In this document: positions 36,426 to 49,963 of the stretch, in pieces | Layout of the letters: the number at the start of each line of letters is the position of its first letter | Position numbering within the stretch: position 1 is the first letter of the stretch | Source: the human T2T-CHM13v2.0 reference genome, Homo sapiens | Strand: one strand, 5' to 3' | Assembly (NCBI RefSeq): GCF_009914755.1 | Contig: NC_060934.1 | Length of the DNA: 64,000 nt | The notes under the pieces: generated by a model | What the model was told of the DNA's origin: nothing | Database searches by the model: none | What the model saw: only the letters and a program-made list of their open reading frames with translations | Made by a program: the position numbers and the translations under genes

Positions 36426-37015
36426 TGTCATTGAGAAAAATGATGAGACAAGTCTCAATCATTTTAGGAGATTTATTTGCGAAAGTTAAGGACGCATGCC
36501 CGGGAGACAGCACTATGCCTTTCTCTGAAGGTGATTTTGAGGGCTCCAAATTTAAAGGGAAAAGGGCGGGATATTGAGAAGTACACAATTTTCATGTAAG
36601 AGCAGGGCAGGGAAAAATAGTTATTCATGCCTTTCTCTGGCTCAGTGAATCTGCATTTTTTTTAACATAAGATGACATAAACAAATGAGGCAGAGGAAAA
36701 ATGCAGGGAGTCTGCATTTTACATAAGAGAACATAGATAAAGTAAGGCAGGGGAACAATCAGATATGCATTTGTATCTGGTGGGTGACTGCACTTGTAAA
36801 GATAAGCTATCAATTTGCATTGCCATGGTGAAATTTTAACGGTTCACTAGGAATTTCCTTGTGAGCAAAATATGGTGGAGACATGTAGCTTTTCATCATA
36901 GCCATCTTATTTAGGAACCAAAAGAGGGAGGCAGGTTTGCATGACACAGTTCCCAGCTTGACATTTCCCTTTGGCTAAATGAGTTTGGGGTCCTAAAATT
37001 TAATTTCCTTTCACA
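36426..37015 (-). mobile_element. MER4-family (A/B-like) ERV1 solo LTR
   Basis: TG...CA termini, 4-bp TSD gact; reverse complement starts TGTGAAAGGAAATTAAATTTTAGGACCCCAAACTC. Confidence 0.8.
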
Positions 37016-37157
37016 GACTTAAGATATTGAAGTATTTTTCAGCTTAAAGGAGTTCTTCTTTTATTTCTTTGATTTTTTTCACTTCTCCATATATTACTCT
37101 CTCTCCTTTTGGAGCTTTTACTCCTTGCATATTACATCTGTATCTGGCTTTCATGTC

Positions 37158-37796
37158 TGTTAATGAAAAGAGTCACACTCTGTGAAATATTTGAAAAGAC
37201 TTATTCTGAGCCAAATATGAGTGACCAGTGGCCCATGATGCAGCCCCAGGAGATCCTGAGAACATGCACCCAAGGTGGTTGGGGTACAGCTTGCTTTTGT
37301 GCATTTTAGGGAGACATAAGACATCAGTCAATACATGTAAGATGGACAGTGGTTTGGTTTTGGAAAGGTGGGACAACTTGGGGGAGGGGAGCTTCCAGGT
37401 CATAGGCAGATTCAAAGAGTTTCTGATTGGCAACTGCTTAAAAGAATTATTATCTAAAAACTTGGAATGTCTAGGTTAAGATAAGGGGTTGTGGAAACAA
37501 AGTTTTTTATCATGCAGATGAAGCCTCCAGGTAGCAGGCTTCAGGTAGAATCAATTGTAAATGTTTCTTATCAATCTTAAAGAGTCTGTTCTAATGGGCT
37601 TAACATCTCTGTGTTGATGTGAATGCTGATCAGTTGTGCCTGAATTCCAAGAGGAGGAGAGTACAATGAGGCACGTTTAGCCACCCATTCCTATCATGGC
37701 CTGAACTAATTTTTCAGGTTAACTTTGGAATGCCCTTGGCCAAGGGGAGGGTCCATCAGTCAGTTCAGGGGCTTAGAATTTTATTTTTGGTTTATG
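37158..37796 (-). mobile_element. MER4D/E-like ERV1 solo LTR
   Basis: tgttaatgaaaagagtcacactctg...ggggcttagaattttatttttggttta. Confidence 0.75.
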
Positions 37797-37945
37797 TCTC
37801 TCATAGTTTCATTTATGGCTTCCATTTCTTTGTAGTTTCACCCTGTATTTGGGTTACATGTTCTTCTATTTTGCACAAAGCACTTCCTGGCACATAGTAG
37901 GTGCTCCATAATTAGTTGTCGAATGAACACCTTCTCTCTTCTAGG

Positions 37946-38370
37946 TGTTAATGAGTTTAGCTTAAACTTTTCTCCTTACATATTTTAAATTCAGCCTAAA
38001 AGTTTCTCTGTACATAGTGAACTGTAACCTAACTGGATGTGTAAACAGACTGTCACCTACTCTCATAGCAAGTAACCAAGTCTCAGCCAATCACAGCGGC
38101 CAGACTTCAGCCACTCACAGTGGCCAGCTGTTCAAACTGGGCTCAAGTAAGGCAAATGCTGAGCCATCACCAATCTGGCTGTTTCTGTACCTCACTTCCA
38201 TTTTCTGTACATCACGTTCCTTTTTCTGCCCATAAATCCTATCCAACTATGAGACAGCATCAAAGTCACTCTGAGCCTGCTCTGGTTTAGGGGCTGCCCT
38301 ATTCTTGAATTGTTCTTTGCTCAATTAAACTCTGCTAAATTTAATTTGTCTAAAGCTTTTCTTTTAATAC
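37946..38370 (+). mobile_element. MER57-like ERV1 solo LTR
   Basis: agtttagcttaaa..., CCAAT repeats (agccaatcacag, ccaatctggctg), tgctcaattaaactctg. Confidence 0.7.
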
Positions 38371-38502
38371 AAGAGACCAAACATCTCACAGTGATTATTC
38401 TCTTTGTCTGTTTCTCTATTGAAGTCTTCATTCAGAAATCATGTTTGTGGTTACAGAAAGTCTTTTTACACTCCAATTATACTAACTGCATCCCCTTAGG
38501 AT

Positions 38503-38505
38503 CTC

Positions 38506-38552
<47 letters not shown>

Positions 38553-38565
38553 GTCTCTCTTGCTT

Positions 38566-38598
<33 letters not shown>

Positions 38599-38648
38599 GT
38601 CTCTCTGTCTCTCTTGCTTTCTCTCTCTCTCTTTCTCTCTCTCTCTCA
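38503..38648. repeat. Compound (CT)n microsatellite with an internal ~46-bp duplication
   Basis: Unit ctctctctgtctctctgtctctcttgctttctctctctctcttt occurs twice. Confidence 0.9.
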
Positions 38649-39810
38649 TTTTTTTTCCAATAAATTAAATGCCTTTCTACTTCTTTGTTCCTTCTGCCTG
38701 GGTGTTCCACTTGGTCTTCCTCAATGGAGTGGGATTCCATCTCCACCAGTTAATGTCTGTGGCCATGCAGGCCTTCGGCTCCTGTGCAGGTCAGCCTGTC
38801 AGGGTCTCTTAAGCAGCAGTGACCTGCAGTGGAAGGGACATAAACATTTGGTTTCAGGGGGGCAGTAGTGAACTAGCAAGCAAGCTGTCCTGTCTCCATG
38901 TGCTGTGAGGCCATCATCTTCTAACCACACAAGTGGGGCATTTCTGCCCATTGGTGCTGCCACCCTCCATAGACCAGGGCAGGGCATGGGGCAAGAAGGT
39001 CTTTTTGGTGCTGAAGAAGTATTCCACATCCGTCCAAGTGGACTATTCACTTAAGAAAACATTAATGCCATTTGCTGGCACAGATGCCCTTGCATGGCTC
39101 ATTGTTTACATACTGAAAAACATCTAGCTCCACTGAGCTTTTAAAATTAACTAGAGCCCTTGAACTGTCCAGGCAAAGAGAAAATCATCAGTAATATTTA
39201 AATTGATATGACTAATGATAGCTAATTAATTGATCATTACTACCAGTGAGGCTACTGAATGGCTCAATTTTAGATATATATTGGAGATGCCTTGAGTCAT
39301 TTTCCAAAACAAACAAACAAAAAATGTGTAGACTTGTCCACATTTTTATCCTTGTTAATATACTATCATTGGCATTAATACAAACAGCAAAAATGGAAGG
39401 TTTTCTTAAAATCTGAGGACGTAGAATATTCTAAATAAACCAACAGTGAGAAATGCAAGGTGCCACATAACAGAAAACACTTGACAAAATGCCTTTGCTG
39501 TCAGAAGGATCATACCCGGTCCCTGTTCACTTCTTGTGATCCTAAGGAGAGGCTACTGGGCCAAGAGGACACTGTGACAGTTGGGATTTGGGGAAAGTCA
39601 AAGCACAAGATCATATTAAAATAACTCAGGACTTTTTTAAGACCCAAAATCTCGATATTTTACTTTCCTCTCAAAAGAAAATTTTAAAAGGAAGGAGAAT
39701 TAGGAATATAAATGAAAAAGCTAAAACCCTAAAATGTAAAATCTGGTTTTTAAACAAACACAAAATCATTCTCCCTCCCCAAAGAAACTAACAGGATTTC
39801 ATTTTGTTTT

Positions 39811-40438
39811 TGTTACCAGAAAGGGGTCCTGATCCAGACCCCAAGAGAGAGTTCTTGGACCTCCACAGGAAAGAATTCAGGGTGAATCCATAAAGTGAAA
39901 GCAAGTTTATTAGGAAAGTAAAGCAATAAAGAAAGGCTACTCCATAGGCAAGGCAGTAGCATGGGCTACTCGACTGAGCATACTTACAGTCACTTCGTGA
40001 TCATGTGCTAAACAATGAGTGGATTATTCATGAGTTTTCCAGGAGAGGGGTGGGCAATTCCAGGAACTGAAGGTTCCTCCCTTTTTTAGACCATATAGGG
40101 TAACTTCCTGACATTACTATGGCATTTGTAAACTGTCATGGCACTGGTGGGAGTTTCTTTTAGCATGCTAATGCATTATAATTAGCATATAATGAGTGGT
40201 GAGGATGAACAGAGGTCACTTTCATCACCATCTTAGTTTTGTTGGGTTTTGGCCGGCTTCTTTACCACAACCCATTTTATCAGCAAGGTCTTTCTGCCCT
40301 GTATCTTGCATCAATGTCCTGTCTCATCCTGTGACTTAGAATGCCTAACCTCCTGGGAATGCTGCCCAGTAGGTCTCAGCCTTATTTTACCCAGCCCCTA
40401 TTCAAGATGGAGTTGCTGTGGTTCAAACACCTCTGACA
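39811..40438 (-). mobile_element. MER41B-like ERV1 solo LTR
   Basis: Reverse complement starts TGTCAGAGGTGTTTGAACCACAGCAACTCCATCTTGAATAGGGGCTGGGTAAAAT; 628 bp; TSD tttt; retains the GAS-bearing segment. Confidence 0.85.
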
Positions 40439-41200
40439 TTTTCACAATTTAAGTTTACTCAATAAGTAAACAAAAAAGCAAAATAAACATTTTTCAAAAA
40501 CACAAATGCCCAATGCCACGGGATACGTTTCAAGGATGTCAGGATCTGAGCATGTTTACTGGATGCAGTCCGTGGCTTGTCTTTGGGGAAGCTGTTTTGA
40601 TTGTAATAATCTCTAAAGCTGCTATTGGCCAGCAGGTGAGAGAGGGAAGCCTTTTAGCCATCTGTGCCTGGGTCCCTCTCCCAGGCCACCTGCTGCCTTG
40701 TCGTCCTATTGTGAAGGCAGAAGAACTGTCCCATTTCCCCAAATGCCACATGCAGGACATGCACGCAGTCCAGGGCACACACTGATCAAGTTGGCAGAAT
40801 GGTGGATGTCCAGGTTGGGCGTGGCTGGGCAGCCTTAATACCTTCTACCTCCAGTGACTGGCAAGGCAGGCCTCTACTGTTCAATGTCACCTCTAGTAAG
40901 TGAGGTCTCCCTAGACTACCTACAGAACTTTTTATGCAGTGGTGCACACCTGTACCACTATAAGCCCAGTCTCAGGGTTCCCACTCTGATGCTCAGGGCA
41001 CAGCAAAGTTGGTGCCACTGGACTTTGGAAGAGGTCCCAGAACCTTACTGGACACAGGGTCAGCCTATGATGTGTTGACTTTATTTTGAGTACATCAATC
41101 TCCCTGTGTAACATCGTCTGACAGTGTGGGCGGCCCTCAGCTGAGGGGGCAGACCAAAGGCTGGCATTTAACTCAATTTCTTCTCCTTTCTCATGCTCAG

Positions 41201-41323
41201 ATGGATGGAGTGGAACCCTGGCTTCCCCTTGAGCATCGATGCCAAATGCCACAAGGATTTACCCCGTGATATCCAGTTTGATAGTGAAAAAGGAGTGGAC
41301 TTTGTTCTGAATTACTCCAAAGC
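41201..41323 (+). CDS. ALOX5: ALOX5 exon 4 (includes the Phe/Tyr 'cork' motif GVDFVLNY)
   Basis: Acceptor tttctcatgctcag|A; [40 protein letters not shown](A); donor GC|gtaagt; 123 nt, symmetric phase 2-2. Confidence 0.98.
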
Positions 41324-41991
41324 GTAAGTTTACGAGAACTGAGGGACTCTGGGCAGCCCCTCCAGTGGCTGGTGCTGGGGGTGGAACCCTCACTCCTTTC
41401 CTCATGGGGTCCTTGGGTTGGGGGAACAGCCTAGCTGAGCCAAACGCTTTGATGATATGTTGGCCATAGAGTGGATTCTCAACGCACAATTGCAGGACAA
41501 CCGGTATCTTAAAAAAGGCATAACCAGAGGACTCCAGACACCAGACATACATGTGTTTTTGGCCCAAAGCAGGGGTCTTTAGTTGGAATGCCTCCTCCCC
41601 ATCCATATCTCATGCTCTCTATGGCCACTTCAAAGGTGTGAAGGCTTTGTGTCCAGGCTGTCACCAAGATGGCAGGTGCTATGGTAAGAATGGCCAAATT
41701 GCCAGTGCTGATCCCAGGACATATGTCCCCTGTTCCTCCGTCACAACCCCACGAGGGAGCCACAGTCATCATCCCCATTTTACAGTTGAGGAACTGAGGA
41801 ATACGGAGGTTGACTACCTTCCTTGCCTAAGGCCCCCAGCTAATAAATGGCAGAGATATAGGTTCTGTGCACCTTTGTTTCATCCGAATGTCCGCAGGGC
41901 TTTTTAAAGCTTGCCCAGGCTATCGGGAGACTCTAGGCTGCTTGTTAAACATATGGATCCCCCGACCCTATCCCAGGACTACTGAGTGTAG

Positions 41992-44601
<2,610 letters not shown>

Positions 44602-44969
44602 GACATACACGGAAAAAAGGAACACAAATCCACAGGAACAGTTGGTGGACTGTGCCTTTTTCCGAAGATGTCTTTAAGGGCATCAATATTTAAAGGAGAA
44701 CAGGCTGGAAGGAAGAAAGGGAGGGCATGGTCACGTTACTGAATCCACATGTTGCAAAAGAAAAGGAGCAGGTAGGGGAATAGTCAGTTATGTATTCCTC
44801 TTGCGCTTAGTACATCAGCACTTGATAAGGTGAACACCAAGAGCTACCTGTGGAGGTTTTCACCTTTTATCTGTAGCTATCTTCGTTTCTTGCATCACTC
44901 AGCTTTCAGCTTAATTTTTCCCTTTTGGCAGAGTGAATTGGGGTCCAAAGATTTTCATTTCCTTTTACA
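44602..44969 (-). mobile_element. Truncated MER4-group LTR fragment abutting the L1 poly(A)
   Basis: aatatttaaagg, tagtcagttatgtattc, atctgtagctatc, aattggggtcc...ttttcatttccttttaca resemble the LTR at 36426. Confidence 0.6.
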
Positions 44970-45253
44970 CCTAGAATCCTCTGAGGAGCATTAGCACCTG
45001 CTAGTGCCAGGCCAACCCCACACCCACAGATGACAGTCTATGAGGGTGGGACCCTGGCTTTGAGTCTGCACACCCAGCAGGTAGACGAGGCTGAGAACCC
45101 AGCCAGACTTCAAAGCTTAAAATAATATTATTTATTTCTAAACATTGTGTCGGTGTTTTGGGGGGTACAATAATCTATTTTAAGCTTCATGGCCATCCTG
45201 GGAGGTAAATAATATTATTGACCATTTCTAGGTGAGGAAACTGAGTCTCCAAG

Positions 45254-45274
45254 GGGTCAAGGTCAAGGAGTTTG
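45254..45274 (+). promoter_or_regulatory. Composite DR0/DR3 nuclear receptor element (candidate intron-4 VDRE) inside a MIR
   Basis: GGGTCA-AGGTCA-agg-AGTTTG; also contains TCAAGGTCA; about +42.0 kb from the ATG. Confidence 0.45.
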
Positions 45275-45659
45275 CCTAAAGTCATTTAGGCAGAAATTGG
45301 CAAAACCAGGATTTGAATCCAGGTCTGTTTGTGTCCAAAGCTGGGGCATTTTTCTCCTACCACAATTGGGGTCTACTGGAGAGAAAAATTAAAACCTAAC
45401 ATCTGGATTAGTAATGCAGCAGTATCCACCATCTCCCTGGAAACATCACGGCAGTTAGGGGCTCACTTCCCTTCCCCTACTCTGGGATTGGGATTGTTGA
45501 TCAAAGCCATGTAGCTTTAGTGGGATAGGTCCCAGACCAGGATGGGACAGGCAGGACAGAAGGCCCTTGTGAAAGAGACAGTTTGGAGGGAATAATAAGG
45601 ATGGTGAGGTAGTGAGGTGGAGAGTACTGCCACCCAGTTTGGAGGGAATGGAGGAATAC

Positions 45660-45975
45660 TGGACAGATGGACAATCAAACCGATGGACAGGCAGATGGAT
45701 GGGTTGAGGGATGGATGATGGATGGATGAAGGGAAGGAGGAAGGATGGAAGAAGAGGTGGATGGGGGATGGATGGAGAGATAGATGAGAAATTGACATAC
45801 GGATGGATGGATTCATGGATGGTGGATGGATGGATGGATGACAGATAGTGAGATGGATGGATGGATAGATGGGTGGATGGATTGATGGGTGGATGGTGAA
45901 TGGATGGTGGATGGATGGAAGTATAGACAGAGAGATGGATGGATAGATGGATGGATGGATGGATGGAGGAATTAA
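45660..45975. repeat. Degenerate (GGAT)n tetranucleotide repeat
   Basis: Runs of ggatggatggat. Confidence 0.9.
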
Positions 45976-46078
45976 TGGTGGAGTGAAGGCCAGACTGTGC
46001 CTTTCTTATCTCTGTTCAGTGTTTCTGAAGGTCATTGTCATCTCTGTATCTCAGGAGCCTCTGTATCTTAGCAGCTGT

Positions 46079-46203
46079 CACAGAATAGGTGCTCATTAAA
46101 TCCTATTAAAATGAAAGTGTGACCCACCTGGCCCCTGAGTGCCCCTGAGTGCCAGCTGGGTCACAGTCCATTTTAACAGGGTTTAATGAGCACCTATCCT
46201 GTG
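46079..46203. repeat. Long inverted repeat (53/54-bp arms, 18-nt spacer)
   Basis: Left arm cacagaataggtgctcattaaatcctattaaaatgaaagtgtgacccacctggc versus reverse complement of the right arm cacaggataggtgctcattaaaccctgttaaaatggactgtgacccagctggc. Confidence 0.9.
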
Positions 46204-47864
46204 GTATAGAAGGTAACTGTGCACCTCCTTTTCATGTATCCCCATCATGGCTAACAACAGCCTAGACATATGGTTCTCAATCCTGTGTGTTTAGTGTTAC
46301 AGACTCCATGCTGCCCACTCTGCACAAACGGTGGAACCAGGGGAAGTCCAGCACAGTTATATTTTAGGGCTACTGGTGGATTCCAGTGTATAGCCAGGAT
46401 TAAGAACACTGGCCTGTAATGCCTTTCTGGGCCTCCCCACCCCCCACATATGGTTGCATCTATTTGCTGAGTCAAGTCCATCTGCTGGGTCCCAGGGAGT
46501 GCCTCCTCCTCTCCCAGCTCCACCATCTCTCCTGAGTGAGGGCAGGAGCATCTTTCCAGCTGCCTCCCTGGGCTCCATCTCTCAAGACAGTGGGAGGGCT
46601 TATTCTCAAGTGCTTGTATAATTTGTTGGAGGCTCGCTCTAAAAAGTAAATATAATTTCTTGGTTGGCTCAATTGCAGGTGAGAGCCCAGATGTCTCTGC
46701 CCAGAAATGGAGATACATCCATAGGGACGCACCCGCCCCTGCCATCTCTCAGGTCCTACATGCATAGGATGCTCCACCGTGGGGAGCCAGCAGGGCTTTG
46801 CAGAGCATCTCTTGTCTCTGACCTAGCTGTTTCCTTTGCCACACCCACCCTCCCCACTTCTTGGCCAAGACATGGGTGAGGGGCCCCTTCTTGCAGAAGC
46901 TTCTAGAAGCCTCTGGCCCCAGTGAGGTCCCCTCCCCTGTACTCCCCAGTGCCGCCCACCCTGCCCTTGGCCCCAGAAGTGCTGCAGCCCACGTTTCTCC
47001 ACATCGTCCTGTCATTAGCCCCTTGAGTGATGGCCTATTGGCAGGAGCAGAGCGAAGGAATCCTGAGAGGGGCCCTTCTGCCCCTCCTGGCCCAGCAGGC
47101 TGGACAGTAAGCTTAGCCCCACTCTGAGCACCGCCTCTGTGCTGGCACAGTGGATGGAGACCCTTGAGTTCTGCGGGGGAGAGAAGAGGTGTCCCTGTAT
47201 TTGAGGAGCTGAGCCAAGGGGGCTGGACCACAAGGAAGCAGCTTAGAGGAGCCTGTGTGGGGATGAGGGGTGCCTGGGAGAGGGCCCTGGGCCGGTGGGG
47301 GTTGGGGGGACCCTAGGAAAGTCGTCTAAGTTCCCTGAGCCTCGGTGTCCTCAAATGAACAATGAGACCCGGCCCCAGCTCCTCCCCAGGGTTGTGAGAT
47401 TAAAATGGGATCGCACACATCAGCCCCTCAGGGAAGTTTCTCCCTAAAGACAGCCTTTGTCTTCTCCATTCTTGGTTCAGGCCCTCTGGGACCGCGTCTC
47501 CACCATCACACACCGGCCTAGGGCTGCACTCTTGGAAGGGCCCCTGCGCTTGCAGGGTGGGCAGGGGACCCTCGCTTCACCTGGGCGTCCTCTCTGATGG
47601 GGCCCAGGAAGGCTTTGCAGCCGGGGGCCATCTGACCAGGTCTTACTGGGCCCAGGCAGAGGTACGTGGGGCCTGGAGAATGGCACAGGGGGCTGCAGCG
47701 GAGAGAGACTGTGGGCACAGGTGTGGCGAGGCCAGGCCGCCGAGAGCCAAGTGGTTTGCGAAATTTCCTGGTGGTGTGGAGGGAGGAAAAGCTGATGTGT
47801 TCACCTCCCCACTCGCTGTTTGCAGCCTGGAAGACGATTGCAGGGGGTGGCAGGGCTGAAAAGA

Positions 47865-47977
47865 CAATGTCCTCATTAAAGGAAATTGAGAAAGAGAGTT
47901 TCCTTCCCAGTGGGGCGGGACAGTGCAGAAATGCGGCCGGTCCTGGAAGAGGTGGGGGCGAGGGGTCGGGGGCTCAC
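47865..47977 (+). repeat. 113-bp direct duplication, copy 1 (copy 2 at 49851-49963)
   Basis: Ungapped; 8 mismatches by manual alignment. Confidence 0.9.
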
Positions 47978-48604
47978 ACGCCCTGCGATTTCCTCCCATG
48001 AGAATGGGCGGGGGCAGCTCCGGGAAGGGTGGCGGATGGAGCCGCCCTCTCCCCAGGACCACAGGGGCGCTTTCCAGTGAAGGCGCCGTAGGAAACGCCA
48101 GTCTGTGCCGCAGTGTACGTAGAGGCGCTATGAGCCCGAGTTTCCCACGTCCAGGGACAAACTGGGAGCCGTGACTGTCAGGCCGCGCGGAGGCTGCCCT
48201 GGCCGCCTTTGCGGTCAGGTGAAGGCGCAGAGGCAGGGAGGCCGGGCGAGCGCAGGCGGGCGGAGAGCAGACCACGCGGAAGAGGCCGAGAGAGAAAGCG
48301 GGACACCCGGCCGGGGGGTCATTTACAAGGGACGCTGGGCACGAAGGAGGCTGGGGCGAAGATGAGTCCAGGGGTTGGGTTGAGAGCGCTGCGCAGCCGG
48401 GCTGAGAAGAGAAGCTGACGAGTGACTCCCGACAAGGGACGGGGGAGAGGGAACCTGGGGGCAGGCAGAGGCCTAGGGGGTGGGCTCTGAGGGCAGCCAC
48501 TCCCACCGGCCCTCCCCCAGCCCCGCAGGCCAGCCACATGCCCCGTGCTCCAGACGACCCAGCTACATGGATGGCAGCGTCCTGAAGGGGGATGATCGGT
48601 AGGG

Positions 48605-48762
48605 AGTGGGTGCGGAGGCTCACGCCTGTAATCCCAGTGTTCGGGGATTCCCGAGCGGGAGGATCGCTTGAGCCGGGGAGGTGGAAGCTGCAGTGATCTG
48701 CGCCACTGAACTCCCGCCTGGGCGGCAGAGTGAGACCCTGTTTCAAAAGACAAAAACAAAAG
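48605..48762 (+). mobile_element. Old Alu monomer (FRAM/FAM-like) inside the intron-4 CpG island
   Basis: ggctcacgcctgtaatcccag...ggatcgcttgagcc...gagtgagaccctgtttcaaaa. Confidence 0.8.
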
Positions 48763-49850
48763 GCACCAGGGGTGTAGGGAAGGAGCGATATCCCCCAGGC
48801 AAGGAAGGCTGCGGAGGGGCCAGGCCAGGAGAGAAGGGCCCTGAGCTCAGTGGACGGGCAGGGTGCCTGTGGAGGAAGGGAGGGACGTAGCAGCAGGAGG
48901 AAGGGTGAGGGCCCAGGCTGGGGATCGGGAGAAGTGATGGCGGAGGAAAGAGAGGCCGGAAGAGGAGGGGGCCTGCTGGCCTGGCACTGGAAAGCAAAGC
49001 GTGGGTTTGTATATGGGAAGAAGACCACATCCCCTCTTATCGTCATCCCAACTCAGAAACCATTTGGCCCCAAGTCACCAAAGCACTCATAGGAACCACT
49101 TTTCCTGTGACACAAGTAGGATTCTCCCACTTTTAACTTCCCAAATGCTACCCGAAAGCCTCTGAAATCCTTGGAAATTTAAAAAATAATCCCCTTCTAT
49201 TAACTGATGCCTATAAAACATATTGACTTTCATTAAATTTTGTTATGAAATCAGGGATGTGTCCCATTGTAAAATAAATTTGTTTGGAAAATGTAGGGTG
49301 GTATCCCATCTAAAAATCAGACGAGGCTAGAAAATTTCAATTTTATTTGCTAAGGTAGCATCATGTTGTTAAAAATGCATCATAAAATAAGACCAAGAGT
49401 TAATACAAAGCATGAAGTCATGTTTCCCTCAAAAAAATGATTTGTTCTGTAGTCAAATTAATTTGGAAAACATTGCAAACTCTTCAGCAGTGGTTCTCAA
49501 AGTATAGCTTGTGTCAGAATCCCCTGGGGCCCTTGCTAAAATCTGGATGGCTACACTCCCCGCCTAGAGTGGGTTAAACTCAGTGCCCACTGGCAGGAAA
49601 CTGAAACTTGGCTGAAGTCACCGAGGAGGCCTTCCCCGTTAAACCTCTGGCTGGCGACAGCTTGGTTTCCTCGCCGCTGCTTCTGAGTAATTCTGGCACG
49701 CAGTTCCTCCTAGCCACCTGCTGTACCTGGAAGGGGGCCAGCCCTCCTCAGCAGGCTTTGCTCCTGCCCTGCACAGCACAACTGTGGCGTAAAAAATGGA
49801 AAAGCTGGTAGCAGAAGGAAAGAGCAGGGAGACAGAGGTTAGGTGAACCT

Positions 49851-49963
49851 CAATGGCCTCATTAAAGCAAATTGAGAAAGAGAGTTTCCTTCCCAGTGAG
49901 GCGGGACAGTGCAGAAATGCGGCCCGTCCTGGGAGAAGTAGGGGCGAGGGGTGGGGGGCTCAC
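49851..49963 (+). repeat. 113-bp direct duplication, copy 2
   Basis: caatggcctcattaaagcaaattgagaaagagagtttccttcccagtg...ggctcac. Confidence 0.9.

Larger units (their letters stand above)
47700..48950. promoter_or_regulatory. Intragenic CpG island, intron 4
   Basis: Local CpG-rich GC tract (e.g. ggccgcgcgg, gccgggcgagcgcaggcgggcgg) with GC boxes; edges approximate. Confidence 0.75.

Noticed and set aside
47643-49046. 467-aa minus-strand ORF
   Set aside because: Non-ATG start, Pro/Ala/Ser-rich, crosses an Alu monomer and a CpG island where stops are rare; no recognisable domain
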